This document shows, piece after piece, positions 38,901 through 51,738 of a stretch of DNA of 64,000 nucleotides (the stretch's first letter is position 1; every line of letters begins with the position of its first letter). Location: contig NC_083223.1 of the NCBI RefSeq assembly GCF_032191835.1, positions 248,620,001 to 248,684,000 on the forward strand, in the 5' to 3' direction. This stretch comes from Heteronotia binoei (Eukaryota). A model generated the notes under the pieces. The model had not been told where the DNA came from and did not search any database. It worked only from the letters and a program-made list of their open reading frames with translations. The position numbers and the translations under genes are program-made.

Positions 38901-39432
38901 TGCTGGGAATTATTAGGAAGGGAATTGAAAACAAATCAGCCAGTATCATAATGCCTCTGTATAAATCGATGGTGCGGTCTCATTTGGAGTACTGTGTGCA
39001 GTTCTGGTCGCCGCACCTCAAAAAGGATATTATAGCATTGGAGAAAGTTCAGAAAAGGGCAACTAAAATGATTAAAGGGCTGGAACACCTTCCCTATGAA
39101 GAAAGGTTGAAACGCTTAGGGCTCTTTAGCTTGGAGAAACGTCGACTGAGGGGTGACATGATAGAAGTTTACAAGATAATGCATGGGATGGGGAAAGTAG
39201 AGAAAGAAGTACTTTTCTCCCTTTCTCACAATACAAGAACTCGTGGGCATTCGATGAAATTGCTGAGCAGACAGGTTAAAACGGATAAAAGGAAGTACTT
39301 CTTCACCCAAAGGGTGATTAACATGTGGAATTCACTGCCACAGGAGGTGGTGGCGTCCACAAGCATAGCCACCTTCAAGAAGGGGTTAGATAAAAATATG
39401 GAGCAGAGGTCCATCAGTGGCTATTAGCCACA

Positions 39433-39481
<49 letters not shown>

Positions 39482-42400
39482 GCCGCTGTGTGACACAGAA
39501 TGTTGGACTGGATGGGCCATTGGCCTGATCTAACATGGCTTCTCTTATGTTCTTATGTTCTTATGGTACCATGCTTGATGGTATCAAAAGCCACCAAGAG
39601 GTTCAGGGTATATTCCCCTGTTTGTGACTTGATGCTGGTCATCCACCAGGATGACCAAGGGTCATACAAGCACGTGGTGGGTCTCAAGATTTTGGGACTT
39701 CTGGCCGCATCCTCAGACTGAACAAGCTGAAAAATATCCCACACAACTGGACCAGTCAGCACCTTGAAATCATCTGACCACATCATGGCTAGAGATCAAG
39801 CGAGAACAAATGCAAGAGATTTTATCTGCTAAGTGCTGAGCAGGCTGCAGAGAGTCTACCTCTGAGTGTTGGTACCTCAGACTAGACAATGCTAATTATA
39901 TTAAATGATGGAATTTATTGCCAGTGGATGTAGTGATGGCCACAAGAACCTCCAGAGGCAGTTAACTTCTGAGTCTAGGAGGGAACATTCGGGGGAGGGG
40001 TCTTGACCTCTATGGCCACTGTGAAACTGGACACTGGGCTAGATGGACCACTTGTCTAATCCAGCAGAGTACCTCTTCCACTGCTTTTCAAATATCAGTG
40101 GTTGATAATTGGCTTTTTGTCTACCCTAATCTTGGAATCTCCTGTCTGATCTGCTTGGTTGCCCAGGATGTGTGTTTGTCCAGAGTGGTCATCTCAGGCC
40201 CCATTCTGTCTCCCAAGCAGTGAAACAGGCTCTGCTTACTCAGCTGCTGTCTCCCTTTGCAGCGAAACAAATTCTGCTGACTCAGCAGCCTTTTGCATGC
40301 TGGGCCATGGCTGTGTGTCTTAACTTCTTGCTCATTTGTGCTGGAAATCCATACCTAGAAGTGGAACGTGACTTTGCCCAAGGCTTTCGCCAATATCCTG
40401 ACCAATGCGTGTTCTTTTCAGTATCCTGTACAAAACAAAGCTCCCATTTATCGTGGCCATGAACAAGGTGAGTGAAATGGTCTTAGTAGCCTTTGATCTC
40501 TCCACATCCACAGTGTTTATGCCCAACCCTGTTTCTCTTCCATCTCATTTATCTCTACCCTTCCACATTCTTGCTCTGTCCCCCCTTGTGGTGGTGGTGG
40601 TGTCATTTGTATGATCTACCTTATATGGGGACATATCTGTTTGTGGGTCCTGGCCGATCAGTTCTGTACCTAGTTGGCTTGTCTCATTGCTAGTTGAGGG
40701 GAAAGGAGATTTAGGTCAGTTTCTAGAAGCACAAGTTGTGCAGGCAGTCCCCTTTGACTTGCTCAAACTGGATACGCAAAGAACTGTGCATGTTCCACAA
40801 GGAGTCATGGGTTCATTGTGTGTGCCTCAGATCAATGTGACTTCTGCTAAGTCTCAGGCTCCAGGAATTTTACTTGTAATGCCAGAAATCAAGAGTAGCA
40901 TTGCCTAGCTCAGTCTGCCAGGTTGACAGGGAATTTGGACTCTTTGATTCCATTTGGTGAGGGTTCTTAGAATAAGGGAGTGCTGTGTCCCGAATAGGTA
41001 GACAGACTTTAGAGGCATGTTTTCCAAACATTCTGTGCCTGCTCTAGGTCGTCCCCTTTCCTTCCATTGACTTTGTTCATTTACATGCTTTCAGTAGGGG
41101 AGGGACGTTCAACATGTTGTGGTTTCCTTATGCAGTGGTTATGACCCAAGGCAGGATGGAGTTAACTGTTTTCAGTTATTTATCTTCCCTGCTCCTCTGC
41201 TGTATCAACAACTTGCACCTGCCTTACCTGAAAAAAAAAACAGTCATGAGGGGCTCTGCCAGTCCTAGCTCAGTGCTGGTAGCTGATACTGCTGCAGCTA
41301 AACTGCTAGGGCTGGAGCAGCTTTTCAAGCAAGGTTAAAGGCACCTGTGTTGCCACTAGCGCTCTTGTTTCTTCTTTGACTCAGACGGACATCATTGACC
41401 ATAGCTTTGCAGTGGAATGGATGCAGGACTTTGAAGTCTTCCAAGATGCTCTCAACCAAGAAACAAGCTATGCCAGTAATTTGACCCGCTCCATGAGCCT
41501 GGTGCTGGATGAGTTCTATAGCTCACTTAAGGTGGGTGCTGTGTAGTCCTTCGCCTCCTGGCTTTTGCCTTGCTTGTTTTTGACTGGAAATCTCAGAACT
41601 GGAGTTAGAACTTCAAGTACCATGTGTATATGAATTTGACATGTGAATACTTAAAGAGATCCGTGAAATTTATAACAAGCAATACTGTCGAGACTCAACG
41701 AAATTTTCCAGAGAATTTTTCCCACCATTGCTTTAGAGTGTCACAGTAGTTCTCTAGAATAATAGAACAATGTTGAATGATTTTGAACTAGGTGATTGTG
41801 AGAAGGCTTGCATTATCTGGCAAAAGGAATCTTGGCCTCAGTTTAAATCCACTTCCTCTTGGGTGACCATGGAAATCACTCTTGCAGCTGTGTTTCCCCA
41901 TCAATAAAATGAAATTCTCATGTTATCACATGTGGAGGGGGGGGCGGTTGCTGCGAGGTAATGTTGTCCATGGAGCACTTTGTTTGCTATAAGCACATTA
42001 GCAACACAATAGAATGTGGGACTCCAAAGCACCTCCAAGAGCGACCTTTGTGAATCTGCTCCCAGTCCTCACCCCAGCATTAACTCTCATAGAAATAGCT
42101 TTTCTTTTATAGGTGGTTGGTGTTTCTGCTGTCCAGGGAACTGGGATGGAAGAATTTTTTGAACAAGTCTCCAGTGCAGTTGATGAATATGAAAGGTGAG
42201 CTGGACTTTTACAGAAAACAAGGATACTCTGAGGCAGAGTACTGCACAGGAGGCAGTTCTGGTCCCCTGGGGTGTTCTTGTGTTTCAAGATGGCCTAAGC
42301 GTAAGGCTGCCCAAACTGTCTTGATGAATAGGTGGTGACCCACCCTTCCAGTCCCTCTTTGGAACTCAGCAATGATATAGATTGCTGCATCTTACAGGTC

Positions 42401-45400
42401 AATGACTAAATGGTTGCATTATCTGAGTCTCTTGGCTGTGTTTTCTGACTCTTGGTACCCCTTCTGCTCAACGTGGTGACCAGAATATGTGGTTTTTTAA
42501 AGCTCAGACCGTGCTCTACACTCCTCATGCACCTTGCTGTGTAGATGTGAGTGCATACTGGAAAGAAAAAATAAAATCTCAGAGGTTTAGTCACACAAGT
42601 ACTGTGTCTACAGCTAACCGCCCAGGACAATGCTGCCTCTGCCCACATAGGAGCTCTCTTTTTGTCTCCAGTCTTGTGTCGGTCCAATTGCTTATGTCAC
42701 AAGCCCATGGAAGCCATAAAGTGATATTTGGAACCAATTTCTTTTATCTCCAGGGAATACCGCCCCGAATATGAACGCCTAAGGAAGAGAATGGTAGGTG
42801 CTTAGCTTCATACCCCTTGTGTTGCCCTGTGCTCTGCTGACTGTAGCTGTGCCAGCCTCTTTCTCTCTGGCCACCTATTGATTTTGGCTTGCTTTTCTTG
42901 ATCTGCCTTTGGGTGAAAATGCCCAGCTCAGTTATCAGCTGATAACTTACCTGGGAGAACCAGGTTTGATTCCCCACTCCTCCACTTAAAGCTTCTGGAA
43001 TGGCCTTGGGTCAGCCATAGCTCTCACAGGAGCTGTCCTTGAAAGGGCAGCTTCTGGGAGAGCTCTCTCAGTTCCACCCACCTCACAGGGTGTCTGTCGT
43101 GGGGGAGGAAGATAAAGGAGATTGTAAGCTGCTCTGAGTCTCTGATTCAGAGAGAAGGGTGGAGTATAAATCAGCAGTCTTCTCTTCCTCTTCCTCCTCT
43201 GGAGTGGGAGAAGGGAGACCCCGTGAGCACCATGGGGGCGGAGTTACAGGCCTGCAGCAGGAGAGTAGGATTAGCAAAAATCTCCCCTCCCATCAGTGGG
43301 CATCCTCTGTAGGATCTAGTCCTGGACATTCTGAGTTGGACCTGCTCTCCCTCTCTCTCCACCTGCACCCCAGGACCCTTCATTCCCTTTTGTTAGTGTG
43401 AACCTCTGTCCTTTTGGTCTTTGATCAGCCCACCTGTTCTGTCAAGAAGATCCGGCAAGCCTTTGTCTGGGAGTAGCTCCTGAGGGAATTTGCAGGCCAA
43501 AGGAGGCAAGCAAAGCAGGTGCAGGCCAGTTAACATGTCTTGCGCTTTAACAGTGAAATGCAGTGGCAGCTGTCTTAGTTGCAGAAAGAATTCTTGGCAC
43601 AATGGAAATGCCCATGAAGAAATGACCCCACCCCCCCATGAAGTGTGTTCAGCTCTAAATTTGGAATCTTAATCAAGGTGCTCTTGGGCACAATACTCTT
43701 GCTGAACCAAAAACTCCTATCAACCTACCTTAATTTAATGAATACTAAAGCTGATGCATTTTGCATCCCTATCCCCTCATTTGGAAAGGCTTCCCCCGTG
43801 GAAGCCCCTCCTGGGCACATCTCCCAAAGAATTTTTTTTCCTGCTTTCGCCACTGCCTGTAAGAGAGCTGTACTTTTTTCAGTGGAATTCCCTCTGTGCA
43901 ACCTCCTTCTCTACTAGCAGGAGAAAAGAGCCTTCTGTTTCTCTAAGGCATCCACTCTTCTCCCACCCTGCCCCACCAGCTTCTCTTTGGATTTAAATGG
44001 GGTTGTCCCTCTATAGTGGGTTGCCCCTCTTTTGTCGTTGTCAGAGCCCTTTTCCAGAGAAGCCTTAGCTTAGGACTTCATGTGGGCAGAAAATACAAAC
44101 CCGGGTGGTAAGAGCAATCAGGGATTCCTGAGGTCACCTTGAGACCCAGTTTAGTGTAGCAGTTAAATGTGCGGAGTCTAATCTGGGAGGACCAGATTTG
44201 ATTCCCCACTCCTCCACTTGCACCTGCTGTAATGGCCTTGGGTCAGCCATAGTTTTTGTAGGAATTGTCCTTGAAAGGGCAGCTTCTGGGAGAGGTCTCT
44301 CAGCCCCATCCACCTCACAGGGTGTCTGTTGTGGGGGAAAGAGGTAAAGGAGATGGTAAGCCACTCTGAGATTCAGGGAGAAGGGTGGCGTATAAATCTG
44401 CGATCTTCTTCTTTGAATCAACATCTGGTGTGTAGTCTGGCTGTGCCTCTCTTGACATGCCCTTTATTTCTGGCTAGGCTGGGGCCTGGCGCTGCCCTGG
44501 CAGATCTTGCCCCGTTTTGCTCCTCGCCTCTCAAGGAGATGCTCCCTGCTTCATCTTGGTCCTCAGTGGCTTGTCTTCCTCTTAGCCAAAACAAGTTGTT
44601 ATGCTAGACCTGTAGGTGAACTTGGATTGTTGTGTTAATGGGAGCGGCCTTGTCTGGGTTGCAGGACAAAGCTGAGAGCCAGCGCCAGCGTGAACAGCTG
44701 GACCGACTGCAACAAGACATGGGCCCCGTCCCTATGGAGAACAGCCCAGCTGGCTCAGGTATGAAGCGGTTTAGGCCATGGGCCTGACAGCATCTTTGTC
44801 ACGGCTGCCCTTGACATTCAGGGCAGTTGTTTGGGGGTGGTAGAAGGTGACAGGCTAGTTCCACTCTGCCTGTCCATTGAGGCCGAGGTTGCAGCGAGTA
44901 TGTGGGTGGGACTGCTGACTGTGCACTCGGTCCCCATGTTCTGCAGGACCCTTCAAGTTCTTTGAGACACAGTGAGGTCAGGAGGGGAAACAAAGATTAA
45001 TGCATTTGCAGATTTCTTTCCAGTAGACAGGAGGCTGTCTGTGTTAACATCTGCAGGAGAAAGCAGCAACTGTCACAATCTTGTGTTCCCCGCCAGGCCT
45101 TGCATGTTGTGGTCTTCAGTGTGTCTAGGGGACCGCCCCCCCCCCCCGGCCCATGGAGTGCCTCTCCATTCTCTCCTTTGAGATTTTCCACATGGTCCAT
45201 CCATCCTTTTTTCCCCCCTGGGACAGCTGTTGGGAACAGAAGCAAGAGGCATGCTGAAAAGGGTGGTGGTGGTGGTGACATCTCTCAGCCCCAGAGGGCC
45301 AGGGGCAAAGTGAGCAGCTGCTTCATTGATTCTCCCAGGCTCAGCCGTTGAGGCTGCATCAGGCCCTTCAGCACTGATCCTGACACGAGGAACTTTGGAG

Positions 45401-46572
45401 GATGAGGATGAGGCCCCGGAGAGTGACACAGATGACGTTGACCATCAAGGTGAGGAAGGCTGTGCTGCAGGTGGAAGTCTGGTAGCCAAGGGCCTCTGGT
45501 AAGACTGCAGGGAGAACCCAGAGTGGCTCACCTTTCGTTGGTTTTGAGCATTTATCTGCAGAGCTACCTAAGGTGAAGAAGAGCTCTCTTTCTTTGGGGC
45601 AGATCAGAGAGGACAAGGGGGAATCAGAACGTTACAAAATATTGGCTACAAAACATTTATATCATAGCTAATTATGAGTAGTTTACAATTGTGTATAGAT
45701 CATGACACTATCTTGTTGTATCTGGAACCTACTAAGCATCCTGTTTTTGCCTTAATTATCAATGCTGTGAGTGGCCTTCCAGAAAGGATTGGCTCTATTA
45801 CATTTGCAGCTTCGTTAATAACAATGCTCCTGCATAACTGAGTCATCATAATGTTGTTCTATTCCTGTAATCAAACTGTGCCATTCCCAGCTCCAGATGG
45901 CTTCTGGAGTATCAGATTCTTCCATCTGACAGTGCTTCCTAGCTCCGTTTCTGGTTCCGCTAAACAGAGGCACTGAAGGGGCTATGCTTTAATGAGCCAC
46001 TCTTACATCATGACCTACAGGCAATGTCAGCACAGCCACTGCCTGCTCAGTAATTCTTACACAAATTCACATTCAGAAGTGAGTTCCTTCTCATTGAGGA
46101 GGGGTGCTGACCTCTTAGCCTTCTTTTCCTTCCTGGAAGGTGGGTGGAAACAGCAGGCTGCTATAGATTTGAATACAGTGCCTTCTCCCATAATCTGCTC
46201 CTACTTTTATGCTAGCTGTCAGGGGAGTGGGGCAGAAGGGGAAGGCTATCTTTCTACCTCCTCCTGCAGGGCTGGTTGTTCTCAACGAGGTGAGTCTTGA
46301 CTCTAAAGCTATTGGTTGGGATCCCCTTAGTCAGGGTTTCTGCTTCCTTCTGGAAAAGTGTGCATGCATATGTAAGCTTCTACACAGAATTAACCTTTGT
46401 TGGTCTTAAAAGTGCCACTGGACTCAAAACTTATTGCTTCAAACCAACACAGCTCCCCCACTTGAATCTCCTTCCTTTTGTTCCAGTGACAGAGGAAAGC
46501 CACGAAGAACCAGCCTTTAGAAACTTCTTGCAGGAGGCCAAACAGCGCTATCCAGCTAGAAGCGGCCACTAG
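29953..46572 (+). CDS. GPN1: GPN-loop GTPase 1, 14 coding exons, 368 aa
   Basis: Exons 29953-30039, 31067-31160, 33387-33426, 34428-34494, 34891-34928, 36164-36242, 36336-36430, 40422-40467, 41385-41531, 42113-42195, 42754-42793, 44665-44758, 45339-45449, 46487-46572 (1107 nt, in phase). P-loop [11 protein letters not shown] loop [15 protein letters not shown] and NKTD motifs; acidic C-terminus. Confidence 0.98.
33427..34427 (+). other. U12-type (minor spliceosome) GT-AG intron, GPN1 intron 3
   Basis: Donor GTATCCTT; branch site TTTCCTGAAC about 9 nt upstream of the CAG acceptor; no polypyrimidine tract. Confidence 0.85.
36852..37067. mobile_element. MER1/OposCharlie-like hAT MITE
   Basis: caggtccccaacccccgggccacagaccagtactggtccgtggcctgttag ... 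ccggtccctggtgccaaaaaggttggggaccactg; TSD ttttaaaa / ctttaaaa. Confidence 0.8.
37250..39790 (-). mobile_element. Decayed L2 LINE (37250-38150 and 39560-39790), interrupted by a CR1
   Basis: Minus-strand peptides LDYCIAL.VGLP.K...KLQLVEN.A, HLHWLP and [10 protein letters not shown] are L2 ORF2-like. Confidence 0.7.
38160..39560 (+). mobile_element. 5'-truncated young CR1 LINE with an open RT domain
   Basis: ORF 38087-39427 contains [37 protein letters not shown] and KFADD without stops; cttatgttcttatg tail. Lies in GPN1 intron 7. Confidence 0.95.
42946..43199 (+). mobile_element. Squam3-like SINE
   Basis: Same consensus as 24176-24448. Another copy at about 44141-44411 in the same intron. Confidence 0.85.
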
Positions 46573-47840
46573 GGGAAGAGGAGGCCAGAACGGGTGGATT
46601 CAAGAACACAAGGATGCTGGAAAGCAAAATTGGTTGGATCCCCTCGGCCCAAGAACAAGCAGCATTGGCCTCAGTGACAGTTCTCTGCTGGACATGCAGG
46701 GGTTGAGTTCAAAACACTTCTCTTTCAAGGAGGATCTGAGACAGGACTTTGGCATTGAACACAGTTCCTCTTCCTCGGTCTTAGGCTTCCTTTGGACAAA
46801 TGTGTGTGCAGCTGGTTTTTTAACTGTTTTAAACAGCCTGGAGAAACTTCCCCTTTCAGGGGGTGCACAGGCAGTTCTGCAGGTGGAGCCCATTCAAGGT
46901 TTCAGCAAGGATTCGGGACTGATGTGTGTGCCTGTCTCCCCCAGTCCGTGTGACCTGAATCCCATGCATGGTGATTTTGTTTTGTTTTGTTTTTCTTTTG
47001 TAACTTATTATAAAATGTATATTTTCCCATTAAGCATTGGTAGTTGGCTGGTTGTTCCTTTGAACGGGGTGGATGGGTAATGAAAGGACAACTTCTGGGA
47101 GAGCCCTCTCAGCCCCGCCCACCCTCACAGGGTGTCTGTTGGGGGTGGGGGGAGGTAAAGGAGATCGTGAACCACTCTGAGATTCAGAGTGGAGGGCAGG
47201 GTATAAATCCAATTTTTTAAAAAAAACCCAGCCTTGTATCTTCCTGCTGCAACAGAAGAGACTGTCCCAAATTACAGGTTAGTGCAAGAAAGGCCATGGC
47301 AGGAAGATTAATTCCCCAGCCTGTTTGGTATGGATAGCAGAAAGCAGCATCCAGAGAATCTATTATTTCTTTTTGAAAAGTTCTAGCCCTCATGGATACC
47401 TTGAAAGTATGTGGGAATCAGCTTGGGGGGGGGGGGGGGGGCCTTTGGAAAGTCAAGCTGACCAGAGGGCAGATCTGTTACAATACCTCCATTTTCCTGC
47501 TGAGCATTTGAAGCTGCCTTAGAGTCAAACCATTTGGCTTGGACTATCTTTGTTTGACTGGCAGTGGGTCGACAAAGTATTTGGGCAGTGGGGCATCTTT
47601 CCCAGACCTGTTGTCCTTTAAGCCAGAAAGCAGCTTTTCATGCCTGGAACCTTCTGCTTGTATGGCAGGTATTCTGCCACTGAGCTGCACCCTATCTGCA
47701 TTCTCCTTGTGGCTTGCTGTTTGTACAAAAGGGGAGAAAAAGATCTGATCCCTTCCCTCCATTCCTCCCTCCAGTTTGGCTATCCTTGCTCTGGCCCCTC
47801 TATAGTAAGTCTGATGGCAGGATGGGCTTTTGAACATAGC

Positions 47841-48750
47841 AGAAGAAGAAGAATTGCAGATTTATACCCCGCCCTTCTCCCTGAATAAGCGACTCAGCGG
47901 CTTACAATCTCCTATGTCTTCTCCCCCCACAACAGACACCCTGTGATGTGGGTGGGGCTGAGAGGGCTCTCAGCAGTTGCCCTTTCAAGGACAACTCCTG
48001 CAATAGCTATGGCTAACCGATGGCCATTCCAGCAGGTGCGAGTGGAGGAGTGGGGAATCAAACCCGGTTCGCCCAGATAAGAGTCTGCACACTTAACCAC
48101 TACACCAAACTGGCTCTCACATATGAAACTCCTTTATACTGAATCAGATCCTCGGTCCATCAAAGTCAGTATTGTCTACTCAGACTGGCAGTGGCTCTCC
48201 AGGCTGAGGTTTTTCACACCTGTTTTCATGACCCTTTTTAGTTGGAGATGCCAGGGATTGAACCTGGGACCTTCTGCTCACCAAGCAGATGCTCTACCAC
48301 TGAGCCACCGTCCCTCCCTTTTGATCTGTTTTTCTTCTTACCAACCAGCTGAGGTGGTGCCTTGGATCGCTGGCTCCATTCATCTAGCTTTCGTGGCTCA
48401 ACATGAAGGTAAGCCAGGCTGGCCTTAGTCAGTATTTGGATGGGAGACCACCAATGAATGCCAGAGTCCCAAAGCAGCAGAAGGCAATGGAAAACTACTT
48501 CAGGGGAGGAACGGTGGCTCAGTGGTAGAGCATCTGCTTGGTAAGCAGAAGGTCCCAGGTTCAATCCCTGGCATCTCCAAAAAAGGGTCCAGGCAAATAG
48601 ATGTGAAAAAACCTCAGCTTGAGACCCTGGAGAGCCGCTGCCAGTCTGAGAAGACAATACTGACTTTGATGGACCAAAGGTCTGATTCAGTATAAGGCAG
48701 CTTCATATGTTCATATATGTACCTCTGAATGTCTCTTGCCTTGAAAACCC
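47841..48750. mobile_element. SINE cluster: Squam3(-) 47841-48118, Squam2(-) 48119-48318, and a 5S-SINE(+) 48365-48750 interrupted by Squam2(+) 48503-48720
   Basis: Each unit is recognisable by its head and tail. The 5S-SINE resumes at acctctgaatgtctcttgccttgaaaaccc after the nested copy. Confidence 0.8.
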
Positions 48751-49799
48751 TCCCCCCTCTCCCCAGCAGCAAAAGGTATTACTCCCCCAATGTGGCTTCC
48801 ATTTCCTCTGACACCAAAGTTAAACTTCATTTATAGATCCCCCCACCCTACCAGGAAAGCTAATACTCCTTAATTTAGCTTCTTGCTGACGCAGGAACAT
48901 AAAATATAACTAAAATTAATCTCAGGTATTGCTAATGCAATGACACATTTTTTATTCCTGCTCTCAGCCTTCTAAGGGATCTTTATGTCCTGTCTGGCAA
49001 TAGGGAGACATTTGATCAACTGCTGATTTTTGTATTTTCAATGAGATGCTTCTATTTTTTGCTGCTTCCTCCCAGAAGGTCAAGGGCATAACCTGACACC
49101 AACACCATTTAAAATCTCTTCAGCTTTTCACACACATGAGACTGAGGCAAAGCTTGAGACATTTTCCCCCTCCTCCCCCTTAATAAAAATCCAGTCTGAA
49201 GAAAAGCCCTGAGGAACTGGAAATGCTGGCATACTTTAGTGTATCCTTGTTGCTGGTCCTAATAAAAGACATCACATAGCCTTTTGTTTTTACATTTCAT
49301 TTTGGGCCAATGCGACTACCTTCAGCCTCTTTCCAAGGAAAAAACAATCCAGCTTTTGATACCAGTGTTAAACAGTCCCCAATTCTCTGAGCACTGACAA
49401 ATTAGAAGAGGGGCTGTGGCTCTGAAAAAGCATCTGTTTTGTATGCAGAAGATTCCAGTTTTAAAAAAGGCCGGGCAGTAGTTGATGTGAAAGATTTCTG
49501 CCTGAGACCCTGGAGAGCTGCTGCCAGTGGTCTGATTCTGCACAAGTGTGTGTGGGTGTACACTTACCAGAGAACGTTCCCTTTGGAGAAGAGCACTGGA
49601 GACTGAGAAGTGTTTTCGACTTTTCGTAGTACAGCACAAAAGGATGCAAGGAGACACTTCTACAGAGCAGCAGATCCCCAGAGACTGAGTGTCTACATTC
49701 CCAAGTAGCTTCAGCCAGCTCCCAGCAGTGTCTGCCAGATTCTATACACTTGTTTTTCCACACATGCATAGAGAAGTTTTGTAAAATTGGAGGTAGAGT

Positions 49800-50066
49800 A
49801 GTCCCCTGTGCAAGCACCAGTTGTTTCCGACTGGGATGACATCCCATCATGTTTTCACAGCAGACTTTTTAGGGGGTGGTTTGCTATTGCCTTCCCCAGT
49901 CATCTACACTTTCCCCCCAACAAGCTGGGTACTCATTTTACCAACCTCGGAAGGATAGAAGGCTGAGTCAACCTTGAGCCAGCTACCTGAAACCCAGTTT
50001 CCGCTGAGATCGAACTCAGATTGTGAGCAGAGAGCTCAGACAGTCCTGCAGCTTTTCCACTCTGTG
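49800..50066 (-). mobile_element. Sauria SINE
   Basis: Reverse complement of the 7188-7482 core (ccaagctgggtactcattttacc..cctcggaagg...gaaggctgagtcaacc). Confidence 0.85.
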
Positions 50067-51738
50067 CCATGGGGCTGCAATAAAATAAATTGTAAAATTA
50101 GCTTTTTTTTTTTTTGCATAAGCCGTGAACCCACCCCATGCATGCCACTTTAGGCTGAGTCTGTAGGAGGGACCTGAGATTCCAATACAGTGGCATCACC
50201 AAGAGTGAGCATCTCCTGACCTGTACGCAGTGCCTGGGGAGCAGTGTCCTCAGATGCCCCTGCCAGAGCCGCTCTATTTGCCATTGTGGAACAGAGGACT
50301 TCAGTTAGTTTCTGCTGAACTGTGGATGGGGAAAAAAGGGAGCGGGGGGAAAGAAAAGCACACATTTTTAGACGTGACCTCAGCATTACCTCGTTGTGAG
50401 GAATTTTGGTCTTTTCAAACAAGCATGCAAGTTGCTGCTTAGGAAAGCGCCCCCCCCCCCCTTTCCAGAAGCTGTTATTTTAGCTCAGCCCAACCCCTAA
50501 ATGGGCATATGGGAACAAGGGATTCTAAATTGTATTCAGGACATGGACATTCCATCTGTGTTTGAGAACCCTTACATATCTCCATAGTTTAGTGGCAGAG
50601 TTCCAGTTTGGATGCTGAAGGTCCTCGATACAAGTCCAGACATCTCCAGTAAAAGGATCTGAGGCATCAGGAGGTGGGAAAGATGTTGCTATGTGGCCAT
50701 TACTGCACACACTGGCAGTGACTTCCACAATTTAGTTTCTCACTGTGCAAATAAATACTTCCTTTTGCCCACCCTGAATCAATTGCTCTTCTTCATTGGC
50801 TACCCTCTGAGTTCTGCTATTAAGGGAGAAGGAGAATGTAGTCTTAATGGTCACGTTTGGTTATTAGTGGCTGTGTTTCAACTGGTGATTTATGGTTACA
50901 CGTCTCCTTGAGCAGGTCTCTGGAGAAGTGGCATAGATAAAATGTTCAAATATTTCTTGACTCGGCAAGTAATTAGACTGTGGAGTTCATTGCTGATGGA
51001 TGTAGTGATGCCTTGAGCATTGATAGTTTGAAAATGGGATTCAATTCATGGGGCTCTGACACCCCACAACAGAGGAAGCTATTGGAATCCAGAATGTTCT
51101 GGAGAATTTTAGGATTTCAGACACATGCTCTGCTGAGGCTGCAGTGGAGCTGGGAACCTGAAGCTCTAGAACAGGGATATCAAACATGCGGCCCAGGGAG
51201 GGCCCCTGGAGGGCGCCTATCAGGCCTGTGAGCAACTCACTGTTGTCTGCTTCCTTCTCTCCCTCTTTTGCTTTCTTCTTTACCATTTGTTTTGCCAGGC
51301 TTGCTCAATCGCACAGGAGCTCCAGAGCAAGGCTCCTCCCTTGGGAAGGAGAACTAGCTTTGCCCGGCTCTCTCTGAGCTACTGAGCCAAGTGTTTCTTC
51401 CTTCTGTTGGCTGAGGTTCAACAAGCCAGTGAGGTGGATTAGGCTGAGTGTATGTGTTTGTGTCCTTTATACAGTTTATATCTCCCCTACCTGGCATTAC
51501 ATTTTATGACACACATGGCCCGACCAGGTCTCATTTATGTCTGATCCAGCCCTCATAACAAATGAGTTCAACACCCCTTGAACCTACTTTTAAGTTGCCT
51601 CTCATTGACCTCTTCTGTCCTTGAGACAGAATCTGGCCCATGGTTTCCCATGAGTGATACAGCCTGAAAACTCATACTGAATCCAACATTACAGAGTATG
51701 TTACAGAGCTCACTGGAAGACCTGTGAAGGAGCCGTAA

